NCBI GenBank assembly: GCA_037445555.1
Contig: JBBIKG010000018.1
Coordinates: 6,435 to 70,434 of the forward strand
From: Lentimicrobiaceae bacterium
GTDB taxonomy: Bacteria; Bacteroidota; Bacteroidia; Bacteroidales; JAAYJT01
DNA length: 64,000 bases
Direction: 5' to 3'
Below are positions 38,218 to 47,962 of this stretch, piece by piece. A program made the translations under genes and the position numbers. The first letter of the stretch is position 1. Each line of letters starts with the position of its first letter. Under the pieces are notes generated by a model that had not been told where the DNA came from, made no database searches, and saw only the letters and a program-made list of their open reading frames with translations.

Positions 38218-39147
38218 TCAGAACCATCTTCTTTTACGGAAAATGATGACTCCCAGATAGGATAACAACATGCTGCCGACGAGTATGAATACAATAGCAT
38301 ACGGATTATTTTCCATCATGTTGGGTACGTTCATTCCGAAAATACTCGCGATGAGTGTAGGAATCATGAGCAGGATGGAGATGATGGTGAGCTGTTTCAT
38401 CACCCCGTTGAGGTTGTTGGATATCACCGAAGCAAAAGCATCCATCATACCGCTCTGTATGTCGGAATAAATCTGGGCCATTTCAAGAGCCTGTTTGTTT
38501 TCAATGATGGCGTTCTCGAGAAGGTCTTCATTGAATTCTGTAGTGATTTTCTTTGAGTTCCGAAGTTTGGCCAGCACCAGCTCGTTCGCCTTTATGGAGG
38601 TAATAAAATAGACCAGGCACTTCTCCATCTTCAGCAACTTGTTCAGTTCCCGGTTCTTGATCGATTTTTCAAGATCTTGCTCTATACTGTTGGTAATCTG
38701 GTTTATCTGCTTCAGGTACTTCAGATACACATTGCCGGAGCGAAGAAACAAGCGCAGTATAAAATTGATGGTATCAGTAATGTCACGATACTGCTCACGC
38801 AAGGGCGATGGCTGTCCAACAGGCAGAATTTCATTTTCCTGCAGGCAGATGGTTACCGTGAAATTTTCTTTTATAAAGATACCCAGGGGGATGGTGGTGT
38901 ATGGCACCCCATTAGTACTCACCTCAATCGGGATGCGAAGAATGACCAGTGTCCAGTCGTCCTCTATTTCGAGGCGCGAGCGTTCGTCGATGTCGAGGAT
39001 GTCGGTAATCAGGTCGGCCGGCACACCAAAGAGGGTAGTAAGCTTTCCAATTTCTTCAGGGGTCGGATTGATAACATTAATCCAACATCCCTGAGTTGGC
39101 TCTGAGATTTCCTGATAGCCACCAAATGTCTTGAAGGTTTTGACCAT
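38218..39147 (-). CDS. corA: CorA-family magnesium/cobalt transporter
   Basis: Soluble N-terminal domain, two C-terminal TM helices, and the signature GMN (IASIFGMNVPNM). Confidence 0.85.
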   Translation of the reverse strand: MVKTFKTFGGYQEISEPTQGCWINVINPTPEEIGKLTTLFGVPADLITDILDIDERSRLEIEDDWTLVILRIPIEVSTNGVPYTTIPLGIFIKENFTVTICLQENEILPVGQPSPLREQYRDITDTINFILRLFLRSGNVYLKYLKQINQITNSIEQDLEKSIKNRELNKLLKMEKCLVYFITSIKANELVLAKLRNSKKITTEFNEDLLENAIIENKQALEMAQIYSDIQSGMMDAFASVISNNLNGVMKQLTIISILLMIPTLIASIFGMNVPNMMENNPYAIVFILVGSMLLSYLGVIIFRKRRWF

Positions 39148-39203
39148 TATGTTGTCTCCTTACGTTTTTTCTGTAAGGAAACCCGATGTGCCCTTACAGA
39201 ATA
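39148..39203 (-). promoter_or_regulatory. corA 5' leader with three mutually exclusive pairing segments, one of which contains a perfect AAGGAG Shine-Dalgarno sequence
   Basis: Minus strand: TTCTGTAAGG (39201-39192) ... CCTTACAGAA (39178-39169) ... GTAAGGAG (39163-39156), then 8 nt to the ATG. The middle segment can pair with either neighbour. A TAnnTTTG motif (tacctttg) lies at 39277-39270. Confidence 0.4.
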
Positions 39204-39444
39204 GTTAAAAATTCAGTTTACTATGATACGGGCCATCGTCCATATATGAAGTCAAATTGGTTTGTGAGGCAAAGGTAAGAATAATAGTTGTAAGGGTTGA
39301 CAAAAACCCAATATTTTTTAGCAATTATTATAAAAAATATTCCGGTGTATCAGCTGTCTGAAGTCATTGATTCGATCAAGTAAAGAACAGTATCAAGGCA
39401 CAGATTATGAATGTTTTATGTCATAATCCTGCAGGGTTGACGAT

Positions 39445-39777
39445 TCATGCTTTACGGATTCTTTCGACAATGATCCGGTTGACGGGGCACCCGTTGGGTT
39501 TCAGGTGCCAGTCCAGCCATACGGCCAGTGGAAACGATTCTTTTTCAAGGATGATTGCCGATCCGACAGGCAGGGAGTCAAATACGTAGGTACCTGAGTC
39601 AATCTGTATCATCCAACCCCCGCAGCAGGCGCACATGCGCAGGTCGGGGCCAGTAATGATACCCCTTGACCCGAACTCAGTTTCGCTCGTGCAACACGAA
39701 ACAAAAAAGAATATCCAGGAAAGGAGGATTGAGACTTTCACGAGTAGAATCGTATTAAGTGATCCCGGGTGCATCAC
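39445..39777 (-). CDS. small lipoprotein with a CACCGGW motif, unknown function
   Basis: Hydrophobic leader ending FFFVSCC. The mature part contains RMCACCGGWMIQI. Confidence 0.45.
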   Translation of the reverse strand: MMHPGSLNTILLVKVSILLSWIFFFVSCCTSETEFGSRGIITGPDLRMCACCGGWMIQIDSGTYVFDSLPVGSAIILEKESFPLAVWLDWHLKPNGCPVNRIIVERIRKA

Positions 39778-39907
39778 GCCAGGGTTTTACATTCAAAGTA
39801 GACTTAAAATCAATGTTCCGGCAGTGAGTGTACTTCACTTATTCCTGAATTCTGTTTTAGCAAACTTTGCCTGGATGGTTTCATTCAAGATCTATATCAA
39901 TGGGTTA

Positions 39908-40753
39908 TCAGTCAACCACTTTCCTGTTTTTAAGGTCGTAGGTATCGCCTGGTCGTAAAAAATAGAATAAGGGTTGATTTGCAGGAAGGTTTTTCAACGC
40001 AATACCCTCCCGCGACCAGAACGAGCCGTCGTAGACAGCCACGTAGCTATCGCCGATCACTTCAAACTTATCGCCTTTTACAACAATGCCGGTTTTTTCA
40101 TCTATTCCTATTCCCAAGAGACCCGGATGTGCAGCAAGTACCTCGAGCAGATCGAAGTGCCTGTTGCGGGCCAATACATGCTGGTCGATGGCAACATTTT
40201 TCAAAAATCCAAACCCTTGCTGGTGGTCGCCCATCATAATCTGGTTATTCCTTGTATCACCGCGCACCAGATAGCTTCCCTGGATGGTGGCACCTGCAGA
40301 CGAACCCCCGATAATTCCTCCGCGACTCAATACGTCCCAGAGCATTTTTTCAGTCAGGGTGTTTTTGTAGGCATCAACGAGCCGCCATTGCCTACCCCCG
40401 CTGAACCATACCACTTTTGCATGCCTGAGAGGCTCAGTAAAGGCCTCAGTATTGGCCACCTCGGGTTCGGTTGTATGGAGAATCTGTACGTTTGTTACCC
40501 CCCTGTTTTTCAGTTGAACAAAATCCGTGAAGTTTTCATCATATGTGGCCTGGCCTTCAGCTGTAGGAATGACGACCATTGGCACATCAAGCGTTCCAAA
40601 AGTGGCTGTTACGGATTTCAAAAAAGGATCCCTGACATTTCCCCCTCCCATAATGATGAGGGTTCCCTTGGCGGGTCCTATTTCCTGGCCAATGATTCGG
40701 AGGCTTCCTAAGAGCAGTATTACTAAAACCAAAACTTGTTTTCTCATAATCAT
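39908..40753 (-). CDS. cyanophycinase-like peptidase S51 with signal peptide
   Basis: Signal peptide MIMRKQVLVLVILLLGSLRIIGQ, then GTLIIMGGG, GGSSAGATIQG (nucleophile Ser region), and AIDQHVLARNR. Confidence 0.75.
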   Translation of the reverse strand: MIMRKQVLVLVILLLGSLRIIGQEIGPAKGTLIIMGGGNVRDPFLKSVTATFGTLDVPMVVIPTAEGQATYDENFTDFVQLKNRGVTNVQILHTTEPEVANTEAFTEPLRHAKVVWFSGGRQWRLVDAYKNTLTEKMLWDVLSRGGIIGGSSAGATIQGSYLVRGDTRNNQIMMGDHQQGFGFLKNVAIDQHVLARNRHFDLLEVLAAHPGLLGIGIDEKTGIVVKGDKFEVIGDSYVAVYDGSFWSREGIALKNLPANQPLFYFLRPGDTYDLKNRKVVD

Positions 40754-40827
40754 GAATTTAATATGGAATTATTTGATTACCAGATACTGGCTCTTCTCCA
40801 TACCTGATTTCCAAAGATAACAATCCA

Positions 40828-40854
40828 TTGCATCCCTGAAACAAATGGATGCAA
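40828..40854 (-). terminator. possible terminator about 100 nt downstream of katG
   Basis: 8-bp stem ttgcatcc / ggatgcaa with an 11-nt loop. The following minus-strand tract is only moderately U-rich. Confidence 0.3.
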
Positions 40855-40957
40855 ATGACAGTTCCTTAAAACACCAAAATCAAATTCATCAGCAAAAGAA
40901 GTTCGATGGCAGGATGCCAGCCCCTCCAGATCAAAATGTAAGACTTTGATAAGAAAG

Positions 40958-43183
<2,226 letters not shown>

Positions 43184-43206
43184 TTAATTAATTATATCCT
43201 GTGCAA

Positions 43207-43623
43207 CTATATCTTTTGTTTACCAATTATCTGCAGCTTCAGATCAACAATATCCAGGCCTGGAACAGGCTTTCTGCTAAAATACTCACGCAGCAATTCC
43301 TGTAGCTCCTGATCACTGTAGTCTTCTATTTGGTCAGTACCCATAAAGTAAATGTGATGATGCGGATCCAGAAATGCATCGTAGCGCATAATATCGTTTT
43401 CCGTTCTGACTTTATGAATCAGGCCATTTTCTGTAAGCACTTCCAGCACTCTGTACACCGTGGCAACCGAGATATTCAGATTGGTTCTTCGGATATGATC
43501 AATGATTTTATCAGCCGTTGGATGATTTCCTAATTTTTCTATCGCTGCCAGTATATTTATGCGCTGGGGAGTAGGTTTCAATCCTTTCTCCCTCAGTTTT
43601 CGACTTATGTCAGAAGTCTCCAT
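43207..43623 (-). CDS. Fur-family transcriptional repressor (PerR/FurA-like), cysteine-free
   Basis: LKPTPQRINILAAIEKLGNHPTADKIIDHI ... ISVATVYRVLEVLTENGLI is a winged helix. A His cluster DPHHHIY is present. There is no Cys anywhere in the ORF. The gene lies 38 nt upstream of katG on the same strand. I take the ATG at 43623; the track uses the TTG at 43626. Confidence 0.85.
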   Translation of the reverse strand: METSDISRKLREKGLKPTPQRINILAAIEKLGNHPTADKIIDHIRRTNLNISVATVYRVLEVLTENGLIHKVRTENDIMRYDAFLDPHHHIYFMGTDQIEDYSDQELQELLREYFSRKPVPGLDIVDLKLQIIGKQKI

Positions 43624-43640
43624 CAATGGTCATTTTTGAA

Positions 43641-43655
43641 TGAGAATCATTCTCA
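43641..43655. promoter_or_regulatory. perfect 7-1-7 inverted repeat TGAGAATcATTCTCA: candidate Fur-family (PerR) operator
   Basis: Located 18 nt upstream of the regulator's ATG and 10 nt downstream of a TAnnTTTG promoter motif (TAATTTTG on the minus strand, 43673-43666). Confidence 0.55.
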
Positions 43656-44322
43656 TCTGATAAGACAAAATTAGGCATTAAGTCTGAAAAACAATAACGA
43701 TTTAGAAACTTTTCTGAGTTGCTCCTGGTTACTGTGCAGGGTGGGTTTGTCAGTTTTAAGAACGATATTTGGGGCACCCTAAAATTCGACGGTAAAATCA
43801 TTCGCTCAGTGACAACTCGGCTGATCTGATAACTGCTGAAGGGTTTGATTATGAGGTCAGTTGCTCTGTTGTCATGATGTGTCTTAAAACGTACTTTTCA
43901 CATATAAATATTCAGCTCTGCTTCTTTCAGGCCTAGATGCAGGCTTACAGCCTGGCAACCTGATTGTTTATGCAAGAAAGTGCTGAAAATTGGGTATACA
44001 GGAATAGCCGCCAACGTGCCGGCTCAGGCAAGTTCTGCACTCGGAAGCTATGTGAGCTGAGGTGTCATTTTCCATTTAGATAGACGTTTGACACGCCTTA
44101 ATCTTTAGCTGATAATAGCTTAAACCCTTTCCTGCTTAACCGGCAGTCATGTGGTTGCCTTGGTGATATAGCCAATGGGTATTTCCTTGCCTTGGAACGA
44201 CATCATTGATAAATACCGGCCGTGCTGTGCAAACAGATGCAGGTATCTGCTGACAGAAGGTAGCCCACCGCTGAAACGAGGAACTCGCCCGGATTAAGAT
44301 GGCGGGCCGGTGCCTTAAAAGT

Positions 44323-44586
44323 TCAGAAAATCCCGACGGCAAGTTCAGCCCAGATCAGTAACAGCAACAGGATCAACGTAGCACAGGCTGTGATTCTGAT
44401 CCATCGTTTTTTAACGGTCCTGAGTACAAGGTCGCATAGGATGGCTGTGCTGAACAGCAAGCCTCCGGCTACGATGAAATCAAAAATACTCCAGTTCACC
44501 TCGTCAGTAAACAGCATGGCGATGAGCGGAATGAGCAATATGACGGCAGCGGCTAACAGGAAAAGGAATAGTCTTTTGTTTTTCAT
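44323..44586 (-). CDS. small three-helix membrane protein
   Basis: MKNKRLFLFLLAAAVILLIPLIAMLF ... The track start at 44703 adds 39 non-hydrophobic residues that abut the upstream gene. Confidence 0.45.
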   Translation of the reverse strand: MKNKRLFLFLLAAAVILLIPLIAMLFTDEVNWSIFDFIVAGGLLFSTAILCDLVLRTVKKRWIRITACATLILLLLLIWAELAVGIF

Positions 44587-44703
44587 GTTCGATTGGTTGT
44601 CGTGTGTTCTGTTTTTGAATATGATGTAAGAGTTTCTTTCCACCTTTTTGCAGCCGATGTACGGTGCTTTTATTGCGTATAGTGGCGGGGTATTATTGTG
44701 CAC

Positions 44704-45273
44704 CTACACCCAAAGCATTCCTCTGAAGCCTCTGGCTGTATAATAGGACGATGCCCCGTTGTGATACACAAACACGGTGTTATACCGGCGATCGCAGAAA
44801 AGAGCACCGCCCAGTCTGCGAATGGGGTCAGGTGTTTTAATCCAGCTGGAAGTTTTGGTATCAAACGCCCCGAATGTTTGAAGGAGCCTGTAGGCATCCT
44901 CAGTCATCAGTTCTATCCCCATGGCGGCAGCCATGTCCATAACATTATTCGCAGGGCTATGCTCTTTGCGCGATTCCTGAGCCTGACGATCGTAACACAG
45001 GCTTCGGCGACCTGCCGGACTCTCATTGGAACAATCCACAAAAAGGAACCTGCCGTTCATTGTGTCAGCAATTAATACGTCGGGTTCGCCTCCGGTGCGT
45101 TCCATCTCGCTGAGCGACCACAGCACGACTGGATTTTCTTCTAACCTGGCACTCACTTCCATCCATTCAATACCGGGGTGGCGATGCCTGTTATTAACGA
45201 AGCGCATATGCAGCTTTTTTAGAAGCTCAGAACGTTCGGGTGACGATAATTGGCGATGATTGTTATTTGACAT
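44704..45273 (-). CDS. DUF4256 domain protein
   Basis: Length (189 aa) and the motifs LWSLSEMERTGGEPDV ... CYDRQAQESRKEH ... GAFDTKTSSWIKTP fit DUF4256 as I recall it. Confidence 0.65.
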   Translation of the reverse strand: MSNNNHRQLSSPERSELLKKLHMRFVNNRHRHPGIEWMEVSARLEENPVVLWSLSEMERTGGEPDVLIADTMNGRFLFVDCSNESPAGRRSLCYDRQAQESRKEHSPANNVMDMAAAMGIELMTEDAYRLLQTFGAFDTKTSSWIKTPDPIRRLGGALFCDRRYNTVFVYHNGASSYYTARGFRGMLWV

Positions 45274-45509
45274 GATTTGAGGTATTGAAGCAATAGAGTA
45301 ACAGGATCTGCTCAGCGCTGTTAAAACAGAAAATAGTTCTCACGCAAAACGACTGACAGATTCAGAAGTAAAGTTATATAGAAAACAGCTATAAGGGAGC
45401 TTCTTTGAGAGGATCGCAGTTTGGGATGAGCGTGCAATTAGGGGGTTGGATATGGTTGGGAAATTTAACGCGGTCCGATTAATACCTGTAAGATGGTCAC
45501 GATTCGGGG

Positions 45510-46196
45510 CTACCATTTACGCAATCCTTTGGGATAATGACCGTCGGGTGAAAGTGAGCGCGCCACATCTTCCTTCAGGGTGTAATAACATCCGCTCTCA
45601 GAAAGAATCTGGTTCACAATGTCGAGCGACACAAAAGTTGCCAGGATTGCTTCTGCTTCACGCTTGCGCAATCCGGCTTTCACAACAAACTCCTCCAGGG
45701 TAATGCTGGGATGTTGATCCAGGTATTTCAGCAGGAACTTTTCCTTGTCGGTATATGCCAGAAAAACTCCATTGCTTCGTTTGCGTTTTCGAAATGCCTC
45801 CAGGAATACACGATTCGCCAATAGGTCGTGGTCATCTACACGCACATATACAAGCCATTTGTCGTCTTTGTCAAGAGCGTAATGCAAAAAATCGGGGCAT
45901 GGAGCTATGGTTACCTCCAACACTTTTTTGCCATCTACCGTCCACTCATGAGTTTCAAAGGGGATTGGCGGCCTGCAATACATGGTGGCTGCCGCCTCCA
46001 CCATATAGTATTCTTCCTCCGAACGAACACCGGCAATGGCCCCGTTGTCTTTTACGCCGATTAGCAGGGTGCCGCCTTCGGCATTGGCAAACGCCACCAG
46101 CGAGCGGGCAATCTTGCGTGAGTCGTTCACCCCAAACTTGAAGTCGAGATGCTGACTTTCGCCATGTTCAATCAGTTTTTTGATGTATGTACTCAC
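45510..46196 (-). CDS. AlbA_2 (Schlafen-like, 'divergent AAA') domain protein with C-terminal winged-helix
   Basis: The N-terminus reads GESQHLDFKFGVNDSRKIARSLVAFANAEGGTLLIGVKDNG. The C-terminal region looks like a wHTH (ITLEEFVVKAGLRKREAEAILATFVSLDIV). Confidence 0.65.
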   Translation of the reverse strand: MSTYIKKLIEHGESQHLDFKFGVNDSRKIARSLVAFANAEGGTLLIGVKDNGAIAGVRSEEEYYMVEAAATMYCRPPIPFETHEWTVDGKKVLEVTIAPCPDFLHYALDKDDKWLVYVRVDDHDLLANRVFLEAFRKRKRSNGVFLAYTDKEKFLLKYLDQHPSITLEEFVVKAGLRKREAEAILATFVSLDIVNQILSESGCYYTLKEDVARSLSPDGHYPKGLRKW

Positions 46197-46319
46197 CTAA
46201 AATGCTTTGCCTGACTTTCTGAAAACGAAAGTGGTCGGTGTTATGGTATATCTAACTTGCACAAAAACCGAATGTGGTGCATCAACCTGTACAGGAAGGG
46301 CGGCGATTCCCTGCCAGGA

Positions 46320-46784
46320 TTAGATGAAGCTGATATTTTCCCGGGCGGTGGTTTTTTCGCAATAGCAGCATTGCAGCTTCAGCGATTCCTTGTCGATCAC
46401 GCAAAACCGCGTTGGGATCTGCTCGTGGTTGGTAATACAGTTTGGATTGACACACTTCACAATATTGCTGATCTGATCAGGCACCTGAACTTCGCGTTTT
46501 TCAATAATCTCGAAATTGCGGATCACAATCAGGGTAGCGGTGGAAGCCACTAAAGCGATCTTGTTTATCTCCTCCCTCTCAAAATAACGGTTGCTCAGTT
46601 TAAGGATCCCTTTTTTGCCATACTTGCGGCTGTCGAGATTAGCGCCAATCAGAATCTGTGTATTAAATTGCTCAAGGTTTAAAATCCGCATCACTTTGAA
46701 AACACTGCCTGCCGGGATATGGTCAATGACGGTGCCATTTTCGATGGCCGATACTTTTAATTCTTTTCTCAGTTCTTTGTCCAT
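46320..46784 (-). CDS. pyrI: aspartate carbamoyltransferase regulatory subunit
   Basis: VSAIENGTVIDHIPAG ... and a C-terminal zinc motif (CVNPNCIT ... LQCCYCE). Confidence 0.9.
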   Translation of the reverse strand: MDKELRKELKVSAIENGTVIDHIPAGSVFKVMRILNLEQFNTQILIGANLDSRKYGKKGILKLSNRYFEREEINKIALVASTATLIVIRNFEIIEKREVQVPDQISNIVKCVNPNCITNHEQIPTRFCVIDKESLKLQCCYCEKTTARENISFI

Positions 46785-46809
46785 GGTTGAGGTTTCTTAC
46801 AGTTTCAGA

Positions 46810-47718
46810 CTATTTAACACCTAAAATACCGGCCAGCAATGCCTGGCGCACATACACCCCATTCAATGCCTGTTCAAAGTAATATGCCGAAGGATGGCTG
46901 TCAACATCGGTGGTGATTTCGTTCACTCTGGGTAGCGGATGCAGCACTTTCATGGTTGGCTTAGCGCCGGCAAGCATCTCGCTTGTGAGTATGTAGGCAT
47001 TCTTTACCCGTTCGTATTCGATAGGATCGGAGAAACGTTCTTTCTGGATTCGGGTCATATAAATGATATCGACTTTAGGGATGGCCTCAGCCAGATCTGT
47101 ATATTGATAATACGGCAGTTCGCGTTCCTTTATATATCGCTTTACCGAACTGGGCAGCTTGAGTGCTTCGGGCGATACCAGATGCATGGTGGTATTGTAT
47201 TGTGATAAGGCCATGACCAGCGAATGCACAGTGCGGCCATATTTCAGATCGCCCACAAAAGCAATATGCAAATTATCCAGTGTGCCCTGTGTCTTACGAA
47301 TCGAATACATATCGAGCAGGCACTGTGTAGGGTGCTGGTTGGCGCCATCGCCAGCGTTGATGATAGGCACCGATGCTACCTCGGCAGCAAATCGTGCGCT
47401 GCCTTCGCGGGGATGGCGCATTACAATCAGGTCCGAATAATTACTTACGGTTTTAATGGTATCGCGCAGCGATTCTCCTTTCTGAACACTCGTTGAGGAG
47501 GTGTCACTGAAACCGATCACTTTTCCACCCAGGCGGTTGACAGCGCTTTCGAAACTCAGTCGGGTGCGTGTCGAAGGCTCAAAAAAGAGAGTGGCCACAA
47601 CAAACCCGTCGAGTATTTTTTGAGTAGGTTGTTTTTCGAACTCGGCTGCAAGGTCGAGTATGCGCAGCATTTCATCTTTGCTGAAGTCGCTGATGGAAAT
47701 CAGGCTCTTCTGTTTCAT
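46810..47718 (-). CDS. pyrB: aspartate carbamoyltransferase catalytic subunit
   Basis: FFEPSTRTRLSFE, RHPREG, DGANQHPTQ, HPLPR. Confidence 0.92.
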   Translation of the reverse strand: MKQKSLISISDFSKDEMLRILDLAAEFEKQPTQKILDGFVVATLFFEPSTRTRLSFESAVNRLGGKVIGFSDTSSTSVQKGESLRDTIKTVSNYSDLIVMRHPREGSARFAAEVASVPIINAGDGANQHPTQCLLDMYSIRKTQGTLDNLHIAFVGDLKYGRTVHSLVMALSQYNTTMHLVSPEALKLPSSVKRYIKERELPYYQYTDLAEAIPKVDIIYMTRIQKERFSDPIEYERVKNAYILTSEMLAGAKPTMKVLHPLPRVNEITTDVDSHPSAYYFEQALNGVYVRQALLAGILGVK

Positions 47719-47770
47719 GGTTTAATATGTTAATAATCAATTATAAAGTCTGGTATTAGAAGATGCAGAA

Positions 47771-47798
47771 GAAAAAAATAACGGCTTTGCTGCCGTTG
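47771..47798 (-). terminator. rho-independent terminator between carB and pyrB (carB terminator, or pyrBI leader attenuator)
   Basis: Minus strand reads AACGGC-agcaaa-GCCGTT followed by a + 7 U. The U-tract ends 52 nt upstream of the pyrB ATG. Confidence 0.65.
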
Positions 47799-47962
47799 AA
47801 GAAATTAAAAGACGATGTAAGCGAAAGTTGGTTGGGAAATGGGTGGCCGAAATCATAGCATGTGCTTGTTTCGGAATGCAAAGATACTCTATTGTGGGGT
47901 AGGTCGGAAGTTATTTGTTCACAATTACGAACGTGTTACCAACAATTCACATCGGCCACTGT

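Noticed and set aside
39148-39444. Known Mg2+ riboswitch (M-box) upstream of corA
   Set aside because: The leader is too short (about 115 nt from the putative promoter), and I do not see the conserved M-box core. The three-segment pairing element is reported separately as an unclassified candidate.
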